Positions 17,828-28,606 of a stretch of 64,000 bases of DNA are shown here, piece by piece. The notes below the pieces were generated by a model. It made no database searches. It had not been told where the DNA came from and saw nothing but the letters and a program-made list of their open reading frames with translations. The stretch's first letter is position 1. Each line of letters starts with the position of its first letter. Source of the stretch: Alphaproteobacteria bacterium (GTDB taxonomy: Bacteria; Pseudomonadota; Alphaproteobacteria; Rhizobiales; JAJFHR01); contig JAJRTY010000018.1 in NCBI GenBank assembly GCA_024278055.1, positions 1,072-65,071 of the forward strand. Reading direction: 5' to 3'. The position numbers were made by a program, and so were the translations under genes.

Positions 17828-19219
17828 ATGAACCATAAACCGGCTCAGTCCGAAGGCGAAATCAACACTTCTGCGCGCCGTATTGCCTGGGCAAAAAAAA
17901 CCCATGATGACCGCACCCGCACCCTTTTGGCCAAGGATGCCGGATGCTTCCTGCATCAATCCGTCTCCCCCCCCTGTCTTTCCGTTATCGCCAAGGCGGA
18001 AGGGGCTTACATTGAGGACATGCAGGGGCATCGGTATCTCGATTTTCACGGCAACAACGTCCACCACATCGGCTATGGCCACCCGAGCCTTAAATCAGCC
18101 ATTGCCGCACAGATGGATGAACTCCCCTTTGCCCCGCGCCGTTTTGCCTGCCGGCCTGCCGTGGATCTGGCTGAAAAACTGTCCGAGATCTCCCCCGGTT
18201 CGCTCTCCAAGGTATTGTTCACAACCGGTGGATCTGACGCGATTGAGGTCGCCCTAAAACTGGCCCGCGCCGCCACCGGCCGCCATAAAACCATCTCGTT
18301 CTGGGATGCCTTTCACGGTGCGGGCTTTGGCGCATCGTCCGTGGGCGGTGAGCAAATGTTTCGCTCACACATCTTCGGCCCCCTGCTCACCGGCACCGAA
18401 CATGTGGCTCCATTTGCATGTTATCGCTGCCCCTATGGTTACCCGGATAATGACGGCCGGCCGCAACTTGAGCTGTGCAAAATGACCTGCGCCAATTTTG
18501 TTCGCTACGTATTGGAAAAAGAAGGTGACGTTGCCGCCGTCATCGCCGAGCCTGCCCGCGCTGTGCCTTATCTGCCGCCGCCAGGCTTCTGGCGCGAGGT
18601 GCGCAAGGCCTGCAATGATCATGGTGCCAAGCTGATTTTCGATGAAATCCCCACCGGTCTGGGTAAAACCGGCAAGATGTTCGCCTGCGATCATGATGAG
18701 GTTGAACCCGATATTCTGGTGATGGGCAAAGCACTTGGCGGTGGCATCATTCCCATTGCCGCTGTGCTGGCCCAGCCCGAGCTGGACATCGCCGGAGATT
18801 ATGCTTTCGGCCATTACACCCACGAAAAAAACCCGGTATCAGCGCGCGCAGCCCTCACCACAATCGAAATTATCGAAGAAGAAAACCTGGTGGAAAATGC
18901 CGCCACCATCGGCGCTTATGCGCTTGATCGCCTCGCATCCCTCAAAGATAAACATCCCTCAATTGGTGACATTCGTGGTCGCGGATTTCTCATCGGCATT
19001 GATCTGGTTATGGACCGGGCAGACAAACTCCCCGCCAATGACCTTGCCGAAGAAGTGTTTTATCGCTGCCTCGATAACGGCCTGTCATTCAAAACCACCA
19101 TGGGCAATGTTTTAACCCTGACACCGCCGTTGATAACCACCAAAACCCAGATGGATTTCGCTCTTGATACGATTTCCCGATGTCTCGGTGAGGCTGAACG
19201 CCTTATTGGAATTATCTGA
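17828..19219 (+). CDS. class III (omega-type) pyridoxal-phosphate aminotransferase
   Basis: YLDFHGNNVHHIGYGHP, DEIPTGLGKTGKMFA and GKALGGG (PLP lysine context). Start taken at MNHK (17828). Confidence 0.8.
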   Translation: MNHKPAQSEGEINTSARRIAWAKKTHDDRTRTLLAKDAGCFLHQSVSPPCLSVIAKAEGAYIEDMQGHRYLDFHGNNVHHIGYGHPSLKSAIAAQMDELPFAPRRFACRPAVDLAEKLSEISPGSLSKVLFTTGGSDAIEVALKLARAATGRHKTISFWDAFHGAGFGASSVGGEQMFRSHIFGPLLTGTEHVAPFACYRCPYGYPDNDGRPQLELCKMTCANFVRYVLEKEGDVAAVIAEPARAVPYLPPPGFWREVRKACNDHGAKLIFDEIPTGLGKTGKMFACDHDEVEPDILVMGKALGGGIIPIAAVLAQPELDIAGDYAFGHYTHEKNPVSARAALTTIEIIEEENLVENAATIGAYALDRLASLKDKHPSIGDIRGRGFLIGIDLVMDRADKLPANDLAEEVFYRCLDNGLSFKTTMGNVLTLTPPLITTKTQMDFALDTISRCLGEAERLIGII

Positions 19220-20244
19220 TGGCAGAAAAACTGAAAGCCATCCGCACTGACAAAGAACTGGAGTGCCCGCAAATTGATGACGGCCTGCGGGCTATGGGCT
19301 ATGATCTTCATCTTCTGCCCGACAACGTAAGCGAAGAAGAACTTGCAGCAAAAGTCGCCGACGCTGATCTTTTGTTGATGTGTTACACGCCCATAACCGC
19401 ACGTATCATTAACGCTGCAACCAGGCTAAAAGGCATTGTAAAATATGGCGTTGGCATTGATACCATAGACATTGAGGCAGCAAAGGCCCGGAAAATACCG
19501 GTTGTTAACATCCCTGAATATGCCGAGGAAACTGTCGCCGAAGGCGCCTTTGCGCTCATGATCGCCCTGGCAAAAAAGCTCACTGCGATTGATCGCGCCA
19601 TGAAAACAGAAGGCTGGTTATGGCCGTCGTCACCGTGGTTAGGCTCCGACATCGCCGGTAAAACTGTGGGGCTTGTGGGCTGCGGTAAAATCGGTCGCTC
19701 CATGGCGCGCATGGCGGGCGCAGGGTTTCGCGCAAAAGTCCTCGGTTATGACCCCCATGTGGATCAGGCTGCCATGAAAAATGCCGCCATTGAAAAACAC
19801 GATGATCTTTGCAACATGCTCCCCCATTGTGATTTTGTCTCCATCCATTGTGTGCTCAACGCCCAGACCCGCCATCTCATTGGTGCAAATGAATTGGACG
19901 CCATGAAGCCCTCGGCATTACTCATAAATGTCTCACGCGGTGCTATCGTCGATGAAACCGCTCTGGTTGAAGCCCTTGGCAGCAAAAAAATCGCAGGGGC
20001 CGGGCTGGACGTTTACGGCCAGGAGCCATTATCCAAAACCGATCACCTGATGTCGGCCCTATATGGCATGGACAACGTTATATTGATGCCGCATCTTACG
20101 TTTTTTACCAACGAGGCGATGCAACGGCTGGCTCACGATACTCTCGCCCGCTGTGCCGAAATCATGTCGGGCAAACCGGTTTTGATAAAGTCTGATGATC
20201 CGCGTTTAACCTCACAAAATTCCGCGGTGGCATGTACCACCTGA
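19219..20244 (+). CDS. D-isomer-specific 2-hydroxyacid dehydrogenase family protein
   Basis: NAD-binding motif GLVGCGKIGRSMA, then LLINVSRGAIVDE and MPHLTF. Its start shares one nt with the upstream stop (TGATG). Confidence 0.8.
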   Translation: MAEKLKAIRTDKELECPQIDDGLRAMGYDLHLLPDNVSEEELAAKVADADLLLMCYTPITARIINAATRLKGIVKYGVGIDTIDIEAAKARKIPVVNIPEYAEETVAEGAFALMIALAKKLTAIDRAMKTEGWLWPSSPWLGSDIAGKTVGLVGCGKIGRSMARMAGAGFRAKVLGYDPHVDQAAMKNAAIEKHDDLCNMLPHCDFVSIHCVLNAQTRHLIGANELDAMKPSALLINVSRGAIVDETALVEALGSKKIAGAGLDVYGQEPLSKTDHLMSALYGMDNVILMPHLTFFTNEAMQRLAHDTLARCAEIMSGKPVLIKSDDPRLTSQNSAVACTT

Positions 20245-20259
20245 ACAAAGGAACAATCG

Positions 20260-21708
20260 ATGAAGCTCAATGAATATGCCACTTATGATGCTCTGGGACT
20301 TGCCGAACTCGTTGCTACAAAACAGGTAACGCCACGTGAACTTGCAACCACCGCCAGGCGCGCGATAGATGCCGTCAATCCTGATATCAACGCGATTATC
20401 GAGGTCTATGATGACCGCATTGAAGACCTCGATGAACGCACCCTTGGCAATGGCCCCTTCAAAGGCGTTCCGTTTTTAATCAAGGACGTTCACGGCCACG
20501 GGGTCGGGCGAAAAATCGAATTCGGCAGCCGTCTGTGTCAGGGCATGGTGGTGAATGAACCGACACATTTTTGTGATCTTCTCAACGCTTCCGGTCTCAA
20601 TATACTTGGTCGCAGCAATACGCCGGAATATTCAATGGCCGGGGCCACGGAAAATGTTCTGTATGGCACAACCTCGACACCGTGGAAAAAGGGCTATTGC
20701 GCCGGTGGCTCCAGTGGCGGCAGTGCTGCTGCGGTGGCGGCAGGAATTGTCCCCATTGCTCATGGCACTGATATCGCGGGCTCAATCCGCATGCCGGCAA
20801 GCTGGTGCGGCGGCGTCGGCCTCAAGCCGTCTCGCGGCCGGGTTTCCTTCGGTCCGGGGCTCGATGAAAATGGCTTTGGTCTCGCCGTTGCCCTGGCCCA
20901 GACAAAGACCGTGCGCGATACAGCCACCATGCTTGATTGCCTTAGCGCCCCGCAAACCGGTGATCCGTTTATTATCCCCAAACCGGATCAGGCTTATGGT
21001 GACCTGCTTGAACAATCACCGGGAAAACTAAAAATCGGCTGGTCGGTTGCTCCCCTGATGGGGATAGAAACAGACCCCGAAATTAAAAAAGCCGTTGAAG
21101 AAACCGCAAAGGTTCTCGAGCAGATGGGTCACGATGTGTGCGAAGACGGGCCCTCCTATGACGGTATTGCCTCGGTGCGTAAGTTTTCCGATGTCTGGTT
21201 TTTCGGCTTTGACCGGCGCTTGCGTGCCTTCTCGCAACGATCCGGCCATAAAATAAGCGAAGAAACCCTTGAACCGGTGGTCTGGCAGATCTACCAGCAC
21301 GCCTGCAACATGACGGCAGATGATTTTCTCGCTGGTGTCGCCGAGGTTAATCGCGCCCGGCGCAAGCTTTGCGCATTTTACGAAGACTACGACATCTGGC
21401 TTGGCCCCACCACCCCACGCGTGGCTGAACCTCACGGCAAGTATCACCTCGCTCGCACCGACGTTGATCTGGATAATTATGTCGAAGAAATTCTCGCCGT
21501 TCCCGCCCAGTTCACCGTACCGCACAACATCATGACAACCCCGGCAATCTCCCTGCCTTTGGCCCTGCACTCTTCCGGCCTGCCCATAGGCATCCAGTTG
21601 GGCGCACGTTTTGCCAATGAACACGTTCTCCTGGCCCTGGCATCTGCCCTGGAGCAGGCCCTGCCATGGAAGGACCGTATTCCGCCGCATCATGTTTCAA
21701 ACACATAG
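20260..21708 (+). CDS. amidase (amidase-signature family)
   Basis: GGSSGGSAAAVAAG signature and upstream KD...TN/S context. 482 aa. Confidence 0.85.
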   Translation: MKLNEYATYDALGLAELVATKQVTPRELATTARRAIDAVNPDINAIIEVYDDRIEDLDERTLGNGPFKGVPFLIKDVHGHGVGRKIEFGSRLCQGMVVNEPTHFCDLLNASGLNILGRSNTPEYSMAGATENVLYGTTSTPWKKGYCAGGSSGGSAAAVAAGIVPIAHGTDIAGSIRMPASWCGGVGLKPSRGRVSFGPGLDENGFGLAVALAQTKTVRDTATMLDCLSAPQTGDPFIIPKPDQAYGDLLEQSPGKLKIGWSVAPLMGIETDPEIKKAVEETAKVLEQMGHDVCEDGPSYDGIASVRKFSDVWFFGFDRRLRAFSQRSGHKISEETLEPVVWQIYQHACNMTADDFLAGVAEVNRARRKLCAFYEDYDIWLGPTTPRVAEPHGKYHLARTDVDLDNYVEEILAVPAQFTVPHNIMTTPAISLPLALHSSGLPIGIQLGARFANEHVLLALASALEQALPWKDRIPPHHVSNT

Positions 21709-21809
21709 ATTTGCCGCCTTTTTTTACCCTTAGTGTGTTCTTAATGATAGACTTGTAAAAATTGTTTTCGGTATTATGTTTTACTGAAAGACTGAGGGAA
21801 GAGAATATC

Positions 21810-23723
21810 ATGTGTGAATATGGATTGAGGGTTGCTGTGGCCGGGCTTTTGGCGGGTTTTGTCACTCTGCCGGTGTCAGCCTACGCGGATGGCGCAGATT
21901 CCGAGTTTGTTAGCGAGTTTCTCAATTCCCCCTCGGTTTATTCAACTTATCAGCAAAGATACAGGCCCGCCTACGACCAGTCTCAGGTTACCAGCGGAAC
22001 ACCTACAAATATTTCGACCGTTCGCCCCCAGGCTTTACCACCGGAACCCCTGGTAGCCCTGGTTCAGAACAATCTTAAACCAGCAGCGCAGATGGATGCT
22101 TACGCAACAGCTGTTTACGAACAATTGACTGGCACTTCCGCACAGCCGCCTCGCGTCTCGGCCACCCATCGTAAAGAGATCATCAAGTTTTACAAAACCC
22201 GCAACTTCAAGCCCTTGTGGCTAGGTGAATACGGAATGGCTGCTCGCGCCAGGCACCTTTTGTCTTTGCTGGGCAAGGCTGATGAAGAAGGATTGAGAGC
22301 ACAGGATTACCTGCCTGCTTCATTGATTGATTTTAACGACCAGGCCAGCAATATAGCCGAAAAACCGGCAGCCCTTGCCAAACTGGAGATCGAACTTACC
22401 GTTGCCGCGCTTGAGTATTCTCATCACATTACCGCCGGTCGCGTAAAGCCAATCAGAATTTCCAAGCTGCACACCCTGAAAGCAAAACCAGTGGCCGCCA
22501 GCAAGGTACTCGCCAATCTGCAATCTACCTTGCGCCCGGATAATTATCTTACCTCACTGCAACCCATGATACCGCAATACCGAAATCTCAAGAAGGCTCT
22601 GGCGAAATATCGTGGCCAGATCGATGATAACCGGACAATCCACATTTCCGCCGGCGATCTCATTCGCCCTGGTGATGTCGATGACAGACTTGAATTCATC
22701 GCCATGCGTCTGGAACAACTTGGCTTGTACAATTTCGAGCCGCAGAAAAGCACCAACAGCAATGGCTATGAAAACGCGTCATTTACCACTCAATCACCCG
22801 ATTTGTCTTACAATGCCGATCTGGTTGCCGCCATCATGGACCTGCAGGAACAATCTGGTTTGCGGCGCGATGGTATTATCGGCAACAACACACTGGCAGC
22901 CCTCAATGGTCAAAGCAGTGGGGAAAAAGTAGCAAAAATTATTTTAAGCCTGGAGCGCCTGCGCTGGCTGCCTCAGGATTTGAAAAGCAAGTATATTTTC
23001 ATCAATCAGGCTTTCTATGAAACCTGGATGATGGAGAACGGCAAAGAGATTTACCGCTCTGATGTTATCGTTGGCAAGTCCATACACCAAACAGCTGTTT
23101 TTAATGATGAAATGGATAAAGTGGTTTTAAACCCGCGCTGGTTCGTACCGCGTTCCATCATTTACAATGAGATGATGCCAAAACTCTACAACAACCCATA
23201 CTATCTGGCCGACCAGGGCTATGAAGTAAGAGATATAAAAGGCAGGCAGGTAAACAGCACCACAATCAACTGGGCACAATTTGGCGAAAAGAACATCCCC
23301 TATAATGTCGTCCAGCCCCCGGGACCCAAGAATGCGCTCGGGCGGGTAAAATTCCTGTTCCCTAATCAACATGCCATTTACATGCATGATACGCCTGCTC
23401 GCAATCTGTTCAAAAAGGATATTCGCGCGTTAAGTCACGGTTGTGTACGGGTACAAAAACCGATGGAATTTGCGGAAATCATCCTGAAAACAGAAGGCTG
23501 GACGCCGTCCCGAATAGCCAACGCGATTGCTTCAGGTAAGAATCAGACCGTTTTACTGTCGAAAAAGATTCCAGTTTACCTTGGCTACTACACTGCCTGG
23601 GCAGATCAAGAGGGAAATGTGAAATTGAAGGACGATGTTTACGGTCGTGACCGTGTACTCAATCAGGCTCTGGAGCAAAATTTTAGGGCTCGCCCGGCGC
23701 GAAAGTATGCTTTGAACAATTAA
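21810..23723 (+). CDS. YcbB-type L,D-transpeptidase with a peptidoglycan-binding domain
   Basis: Signal peptide GLLAGFVTLPVSAYA. PG-binding repeat (LQEQSGLRRDGIIGNNTLAALN). YkuD catalytic motif HDTPARNLF...RALSHGCVRV. Confidence 0.85.
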   Translation: MCEYGLRVAVAGLLAGFVTLPVSAYADGADSEFVSEFLNSPSVYSTYQQRYRPAYDQSQVTSGTPTNISTVRPQALPPEPLVALVQNNLKPAAQMDAYATAVYEQLTGTSAQPPRVSATHRKEIIKFYKTRNFKPLWLGEYGMAARARHLLSLLGKADEEGLRAQDYLPASLIDFNDQASNIAEKPAALAKLEIELTVAALEYSHHITAGRVKPIRISKLHTLKAKPVAASKVLANLQSTLRPDNYLTSLQPMIPQYRNLKKALAKYRGQIDDNRTIHISAGDLIRPGDVDDRLEFIAMRLEQLGLYNFEPQKSTNSNGYENASFTTQSPDLSYNADLVAAIMDLQEQSGLRRDGIIGNNTLAALNGQSSGEKVAKIILSLERLRWLPQDLKSKYIFINQAFYETWMMENGKEIYRSDVIVGKSIHQTAVFNDEMDKVVLNPRWFVPRSIIYNEMMPKLYNNPYYLADQGYEVRDIKGRQVNSTTINWAQFGEKNIPYNVVQPPGPKNALGRVKFLFPNQHAIYMHDTPARNLFKKDIRALSHGCVRVQKPMEFAEIILKTEGWTPSRIANAIASGKNQTVLLSKKIPVYLGYYTAWADQEGNVKLKDDVYGRDRVLNQALEQNFRARPARKYALNN

Positions 23724-23744
23724 GCCTGTTTTCTGTCAAAATTG

Positions 23745-24272
23745 TCAATCGCCCTCAAACGCACATAGTGCGTGAACCGGAATGTCTTTGGCTGTCAGTT
23801 TAACAGTTCCGCCAAGGTCCGGCAGATCTACGAGAAACCCTGCACCAACGACTCTACCGCCAGCGCGGGTTATCAGGCTGGCAGCAGCAATAGCTGTTCC
23901 ACCGGTGGCAATAAGGTCATCAATCAGCAAAACCCGCGCCTCTTGATCAATAGCATCCTGGTGAATTTCCAGCCGGTCTGTACCATATTCAAGCTGATAC
24001 TCTTCACCATGGGTTTTCCATGGCAATTTACCGTGTTTACGCACGGGTACAAACCCGGTCGCCAGCGCCTGGGCGATGGCCCCGCCAATGATAAACCCCC
24101 GTGCCTCAATCCCGGCGACAACATCAATATCTGCCTGGGAAAACTGCGCTGCAAGAGCATCAATTGCTGCTGACAGACCTTCGGGATGGGCAATCAGCGT
24201 GGTTATGTCACGAAACATTATTCCCGGTTTTGGGTAATCAGGTATGGTTCTGATAAATTGGGTAAAATCCAT
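23745..24272 (-). CDS. apt: adenine phosphoribosyltransferase
   Basis: PKPGIMFRDIT and VLLIDDLIATGGT motifs. 175 aa. Confidence 0.95.
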   Translation of the reverse strand: MDFTQFIRTIPDYPKPGIMFRDITTLIAHPEGLSAAIDALAAQFSQADIDVVAGIEARGFIIGGAIAQALATGFVPVRKHGKLPWKTHGEEYQLEYGTDRLEIHQDAIDQEARVLLIDDLIATGGTAIAAASLITRAGGRVVGAGFLVDLPDLGGTVKLTAKDIPVHALCAFEGD

Positions 24273-24282
24273 GAAAACTCGC

Positions 24283-25161
24283 CTATGAGGAATTCAAAAC
24301 CCGTCCGGCGACAGCTTCGAGCTTGGCCACCAGAGCAGGATCGCGCGCCTCTGGCGCTGTAATCAACGCCACTTCCAAGGCGCGGTCGCTACCATTGACA
24401 CAAGGGGGGTGCCGGTGCGGAAAATCATTGGCAACACGGGTTATCAGACGCGCAGCTTTTTCCGCATTCTCCATTAATACCTTGATGAGATCAGCAACTT
24501 GCACGTGATCATGATCCTCATGCCAGCAATCATAATCCGTCACCATGGCGCAAATGGCATAACACAACTCCGCCTCGCGTGCGAGCTTGGCCTCCGGCAT
24601 CGCCGTCATGCCGATAACATCACAGCCCCAGCTACGATACAGCTGGCTTTCCGCCAGTGATGAAAACTGCGGGCCCTCCATCGCCAGATAAGTACCGCCA
24701 CAATTATGATCTATGTTTTCATCAACGGCCGCTTGCTCCAGTCTGTTCACCAGTCCTGGACTGACCGGATGCGCCATGGAAACATGGGCGACACAGCCAG
24801 GGCCAAAAAAACTTTTGTCACGGGCAAAAGTACGGTCGATAAACTGTTCCGCAAATACAAAGGTACCTGGAGACAAATCTTCACGAAATGAACCACAGGC
24901 TGAAACCGAAATCAAATCGGTGACACCACAGCGTTTAAGCACATCAATATTTGCACGGTAATTTATATCGGTAGGTGATAATTTGTGACCACGGCCATGG
25001 CGCGGCAAAAAAACCATCTTCAATCCATTGATGCAACCTATTCGCACATCATCAGACGGCTCCCCCCAGGGACTGTCAACGCGCTGCCACACAGCATTTT
25101 CCAGACCCGGCAGATCATAGACACCGCTGCCGCCGATAACACCCAACACTGTTTCTGTCAC
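24283..25161 (-). CDS. mtnP: S-methyl-5'-thioadenosine phosphorylase
   Basis: GVIGGSGVYD, FLPRHGRGH and GMTAMPEAKLAREAE motifs. Confidence 0.9.
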   Translation of the reverse strand: MTETVLGVIGGSGVYDLPGLENAVWQRVDSPWGEPSDDVRIGCINGLKMVFLPRHGRGHKLSPTDINYRANIDVLKRCGVTDLISVSACGSFREDLSPGTFVFAEQFIDRTFARDKSFFGPGCVAHVSMAHPVSPGLVNRLEQAAVDENIDHNCGGTYLAMEGPQFSSLAESQLYRSWGCDVIGMTAMPEAKLAREAELCYAICAMVTDYDCWHEDHDHVQVADLIKVLMENAEKAARLITRVANDFPHRHPPCVNGSDRALEVALITAPEARDPALVAKLEAVAGRVLNSS

Positions 25162-25194
25162 AGATCCCGCCCCATGTTACTATTTGATAAACAT

Positions 25195-25229
25195 ACAAAA
25201 AAGCCCCTGATGGATCAACAGGGGCTTTT
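25195..25229 (-). terminator. intrinsic terminator downstream of petC
   Basis: 9-bp stem AAGCCCCTG/CAGGGGCTT (25201-25209 / 25219-25227) with a 9-nt loop. On the minus strand it is followed by a T-run (plus-strand A-run 25197-25202). It lies about 25 nt after the petC stop. Confidence 0.7.
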
Positions 25230-25252
25230 AAATTGTTGAGTGCAAAGACAAA

Positions 25253-26059
25253 TCAATGCTTGATGCGCGACCACATTTTTCTTGTGGTGGCATAGAGCAG
25301 ACCCGCCAGAATAATCAGGTAGATAAGTACCTTGAAACCCATGGTTTTGCGCTCTTCCATATGAGGCTCGGCTGCCCAGGCAAGGAATGTAACGACGTCC
25401 CTGCTCATGTTTTCAACCGTTGGTTTGGTACCATCGCTATATTCAACGGCGTCTTCCGAAAGCGGTGGTGCCATGGCAATCTGCCCGCCGCTGAAAGCAG
25501 AATTGTAATTCATACCATCGCGCAACTCGACGCCATCAGGGGCTTCTTCCTTGTATTCGGTCATCAGTGCATAGAGATAATTTGCGCCATCTCCACGCGC
25601 CTTGATCATCAACGAAAGATCCGGTGGCAAGGCGCCACCATTAGAGGCGCGGGCCGCTTCATCATTGGGGAACGGTGAAACAAACCGGTCGCTTGGCCTT
25701 CCGGGGCGATCAAACATTTCGCCGTCCTCATTGGGGCCGTCGCGAACCTCCACCTCGGCAGCGATCGCTTTAACCTGTTCTTTGCTGAATTCCGGACCAC
25801 CGGGTTGAGACAGATTGCGGTAGGAAACCAGGTTAAGAGAATGACATGACGCACAGACTTCCTTGTAGACCTGAAAACCGCGCTGAAGAGCACCACGGTC
25901 ATAGGTCCCAAAAATCCCCTTAAAAGACCACTCCTGTTGTTCGAATTCAACTTTCGCAACAGTTGTAGACGGTGCCAACAAAACAAAAGCCGATAACGTT
26001 AACGCCAGAATGGATGCGGTTATCTTTGAACGAAACATGGTTTTTTCGAATCCTGTCAT
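25253..26059 (-). CDS. petC: cytochrome c1
   Basis: Heme-binding motif CASCHS, a signal/TM segment at the N-terminus and a C-terminal membrane anchor. I preferred ATG 26059, which follows GGAAGGTGA, over the TTG at 26077. Confidence 0.9.
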   Translation of the reverse strand: MTGFEKTMFRSKITASILALTLSAFVLLAPSTTVAKVEFEQQEWSFKGIFGTYDRGALQRGFQVYKEVCASCHSLNLVSYRNLSQPGGPEFSKEQVKAIAAEVEVRDGPNEDGEMFDRPGRPSDRFVSPFPNDEAARASNGGALPPDLSLMIKARGDGANYLYALMTEYKEEAPDGVELRDGMNYNSAFSGGQIAMAPPLSEDAVEYSDGTKPTVENMSRDVVTFLAWAAEPHMEERKTMGFKVLIYLIILAGLLYATTRKMWSRIKH

Positions 26060-26073
26060 TGTTTTCACCTTCC

Positions 26074-27351
26074 TCAAGCCTTCGCATCCGCAGCGCCATC
26101 ACCCGGCGGCTCGCTACCAGATGAATCACCCTGTTTATCCAGCACTGATTTGGCAATACTTTCAGGAAGCTTCTTCGGTTTTTCAAACAACCCAACGAGC
26201 GGCAGGATTATAAGGAAGTGAGCGAAATAATATGCGGTCAAAATTCGTGACGCCAGAACATAACCGCCTTCAGCCGGCTTGCCGCCAAGATATCCCAGCC
26301 CGAGGCTTACTGCCACAAAGATAAAGAAAAACTGTTTGAACCAGGGCCTGAACGTTGCCGATCTTACCTTGGACGTATCCAGCCATGGCAACAAAAACAG
26401 CACGCCAATGGAAGCAAACATCAACAACACACCACCAAGCTTGTCCGGCACCGCGCGCAAAATTGCATAGAACGGCAGGAAGTACCATTCCGGTACAATA
26501 TGCGCCGGAGTTACCAGCGGATTGGCTTTGATATAATTGTCGGCTTCGCCCAGTAAATTCGGTGCGTAGAACACCAGATAAAAATACAGGATCATAAAGG
26601 CCACAATCGCGAAGCTGTCCTTGATGGTATAATAGGGATGAAACGGAACTGTATCAGCCTTGACTGATTTCACTTCAACCCCGGTCGGGTTGTTGTTTCC
26701 AACCACATGGAACGACCAGATATGCATGGCCACCAGGGCTACCAGAATAAACGGCAGCAGGTAATGCAGGGAGAAAAAGCGGTTTAATGTGGGATTATCA
26801 ACTACGAAACCGCCGCGCAGCCACTCTACTATGGGATCACCCACAACAGGAAAGGCCGAGAAGAAGTTGGTGATAACCGTAGCTCCCCAGAAGCTCATCT
26901 GGCCCCACGGCAACAGATAGCCCATGAAAGCTGTGGCCATCATCGCCACATAGATTACCAGCCCAATAATCCACACCAGCTCACGCGGCGCTTTATAGGA
27001 GCCATAGTAAAGTCCACGGAAAATATGGATATAGACCGCGAGGAAGAACATGGATGCACCATTGGAATGGGCATATCGCAACAGCCAGCCGTAGTTGACA
27101 TCGCGCATGATTTTCTCAACGCTCTCGAAAGCCAGGCTGGTGTCCGGCGCATAGTGCATGGCCAGAACAATGCCGGTGATAATCTGCAGCACCAGAAAAG
27201 TTGCCAGAATGCCGCCAAATGTCCACCAGTAATTGAGGTTTTTCGGCGTCGGAAACGTCATGGTGTCGTGCATCAGCCCCAAAATGGGTAGCCGGGCCTC
27301 AAACCATTTGGCCACAGCATTGGTGGGCTGATAAGTTGAATGTCCGCTCAT
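26074..27351 (-). CDS. petB: cytochrome b
   Basis: [24 protein letters not shown] and [13 protein letters not shown] motifs. 425 aa. Confidence 0.95.
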   Translation of the reverse strand: MSGHSTYQPTNAVAKWFEARLPILGLMHDTMTFPTPKNLNYWWTFGGILATFLVLQIITGIVLAMHYAPDTSLAFESVEKIMRDVNYGWLLRYAHSNGASMFFLAVYIHIFRGLYYGSYKAPRELVWIIGLVIYVAMMATAFMGYLLPWGQMSFWGATVITNFFSAFPVVGDPIVEWLRGGFVVDNPTLNRFFSLHYLLPFILVALVAMHIWSFHVVGNNNPTGVEVKSVKADTVPFHPYYTIKDSFAIVAFMILYFYLVFYAPNLLGEADNYIKANPLVTPAHIVPEWYFLPFYAILRAVPDKLGGVLLMFASIGVLFLLPWLDTSKVRSATFRPWFKQFFFIFVAVSLGLGYLGGKPAEGGYVLASRILTAYYFAHFLIILPLVGLFEKPKKLPESIAKSVLDKQGDSSGSEPPGDGAADAKA

Positions 27352-27360
27352 GTCAGCCCC

Positions 27361-27891
27361 CTAGCCGATTTTAACTTTGGTTTCATCAAGATAATTGATA
27401 GGTGGTATCACCAGATTGGTTGGTGCCGGACCTTTTCTGATACGCCCTGCGGTATCATAGTGAGAACCATGACAGGGACAAAACCAGCCACCATAATCAC
27501 CCCGTTCATCGCCAATGGTCTGGCCTTTTGGAATACAGCCCAGATGCGTGCAAATTCCCACCATGATCAACCATTCCGGCTTTACAGCGCGCGCACTGTC
27601 GGGCTCGGGATCAGGAAGATCTTCCAGAGGCACTTCAACGGCTTGTTTTATTTCTTCCGCCGTTCTGCGCCGGACAAAAATTGGACTGCCGCGCCATTTG
27701 ACGGTCATGCTTTGCCCGACTTCTATCGGAGACAAGTCAATCTCGATAGAAGAAAGCGCCAGAACAGAGGCATCAGGGTTCATCTGGTCAATCAGCGGCC
27801 AGACGGCGAAGGCACCGCCCGCAGCAAATGCCCCGGTGGCAATATATAGAAAATCTCTACGCGTAGCTTCAGGTTGGTCGATATCAGACAC
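27361..27891 (-). CDS. petA: ubiquinol-cytochrome c reductase Rieske iron-sulfur subunit
   Basis: Tat-like TRRDFLY and Rieske boxes CTHLGC and CPCHGS. I preferred GTG 27891, which follows AGGGAGA, over the TTG at 27918. Confidence 0.9.
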   Translation of the reverse strand: MSDIDQPEATRRDFLYIATGAFAAGGAFAVWPLIDQMNPDASVLALSSIEIDLSPIEVGQSMTVKWRGSPIFVRRRTAEEIKQAVEVPLEDLPDPEPDSARAVKPEWLIMVGICTHLGCIPKGQTIGDERGDYGGWFCPCHGSHYDTAGRIRKGPAPTNLVIPPINYLDETKVKIG

Positions 27892-28115
27892 TTTTCTCCC
27901 TTTCTGATGGAAGAACAATGAAAAAATTTAATCCGCCATTCCCAGTGTATCGCAAAAATCTTTGATTCGTGCCATGGCCGAACCACAAGATTGCGATAAT
28001 TCCAATCAGGCAGATTTATGAGCTTCTTTTGGCACTGTTAAGGTGTAATGTCCAGACCTGAAAACACATGTTATAATTTGTCGCATCACCATCCGCCAAT
28101 CCAGGAAATTTCTTC

Positions 28116-28606
28116 ATGCGAATTGCCCTGTTTGAACCCGATATTCCGCAAAATACGGGTACAATACTAAGATTTGCCGCCTGTCTGGGTGTGGCTGTGG
28201 ATATCATTGAACCGGCAGGTTTTGCGGTAAGCGATCGTGCTTTCAGGCGCGCTGGCCTCGATTATCTTGACCATGTTGACATTAGCCGACATCGCTCTTT
28301 TAAACATTTCCACGAAAACATGAGCAAAAACACTCCCCGGCGTCTGGTTTTATTGACCACAAAGCCGATATTTCCTATATGGATTTTGAATTTTCAGACC
28401 ACGACACTTTACTTCTGGGGCGCGAAAGTGCCGGCGTTCCCCAATATGTGCATGACATTGTAGATGCCCGCATCGTCATTCCCATGTATAAAAACCTGCG
28501 ATCAATCAATATCGCTGCCGCCACAGCCATGGTAGTGGGAGAGGCCTTGCGGCAGACCGGACAGTTTCCCAAAATGAAAAATCAGGAAAGCCAAGAACAG
28601 ATATGA
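28116..28606 (+). pseudogene. trmL: tRNA (cytidine/uridine-2'-O)-methyltransferase TrmL with a 1-nt frameshift near 28362-28368
   Basis: Frame A reads MRIALFEPDIPQNTGTILRFAACLG...RRLVLLTTK and then nonsense. The SpoU C-terminal half continues in another frame: ADISYMDFEFSDHDTLLLGRESAGVP...IPMYKNLRSINIAAATAMVVGEALRQ. The join is ACA AAG|CC GAT, consistent with one missing base. Confidence 0.8.

Noticed and set aside
16859-18082. 407-aa version of the class IV aminotransferase ORF
   Set aside because: The first 110 codons have no aminotransferase similarity and run antisense through the start of the divergent class III aminotransferase gene. The conserved domain begins at ATG 17752.
21028-21693. 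Long antisense ORFs inside well-supported genes (for example 21028..21693-, 15025..15513-, 41310..41870-, 12129..12566-, 18365..18823-, 54740..55225-)
   Set aside because: These are shadow ORFs opposite strongly motif-supported genes. Their translations are low-complexity or R/G/A-rich with no recognisable motifs.
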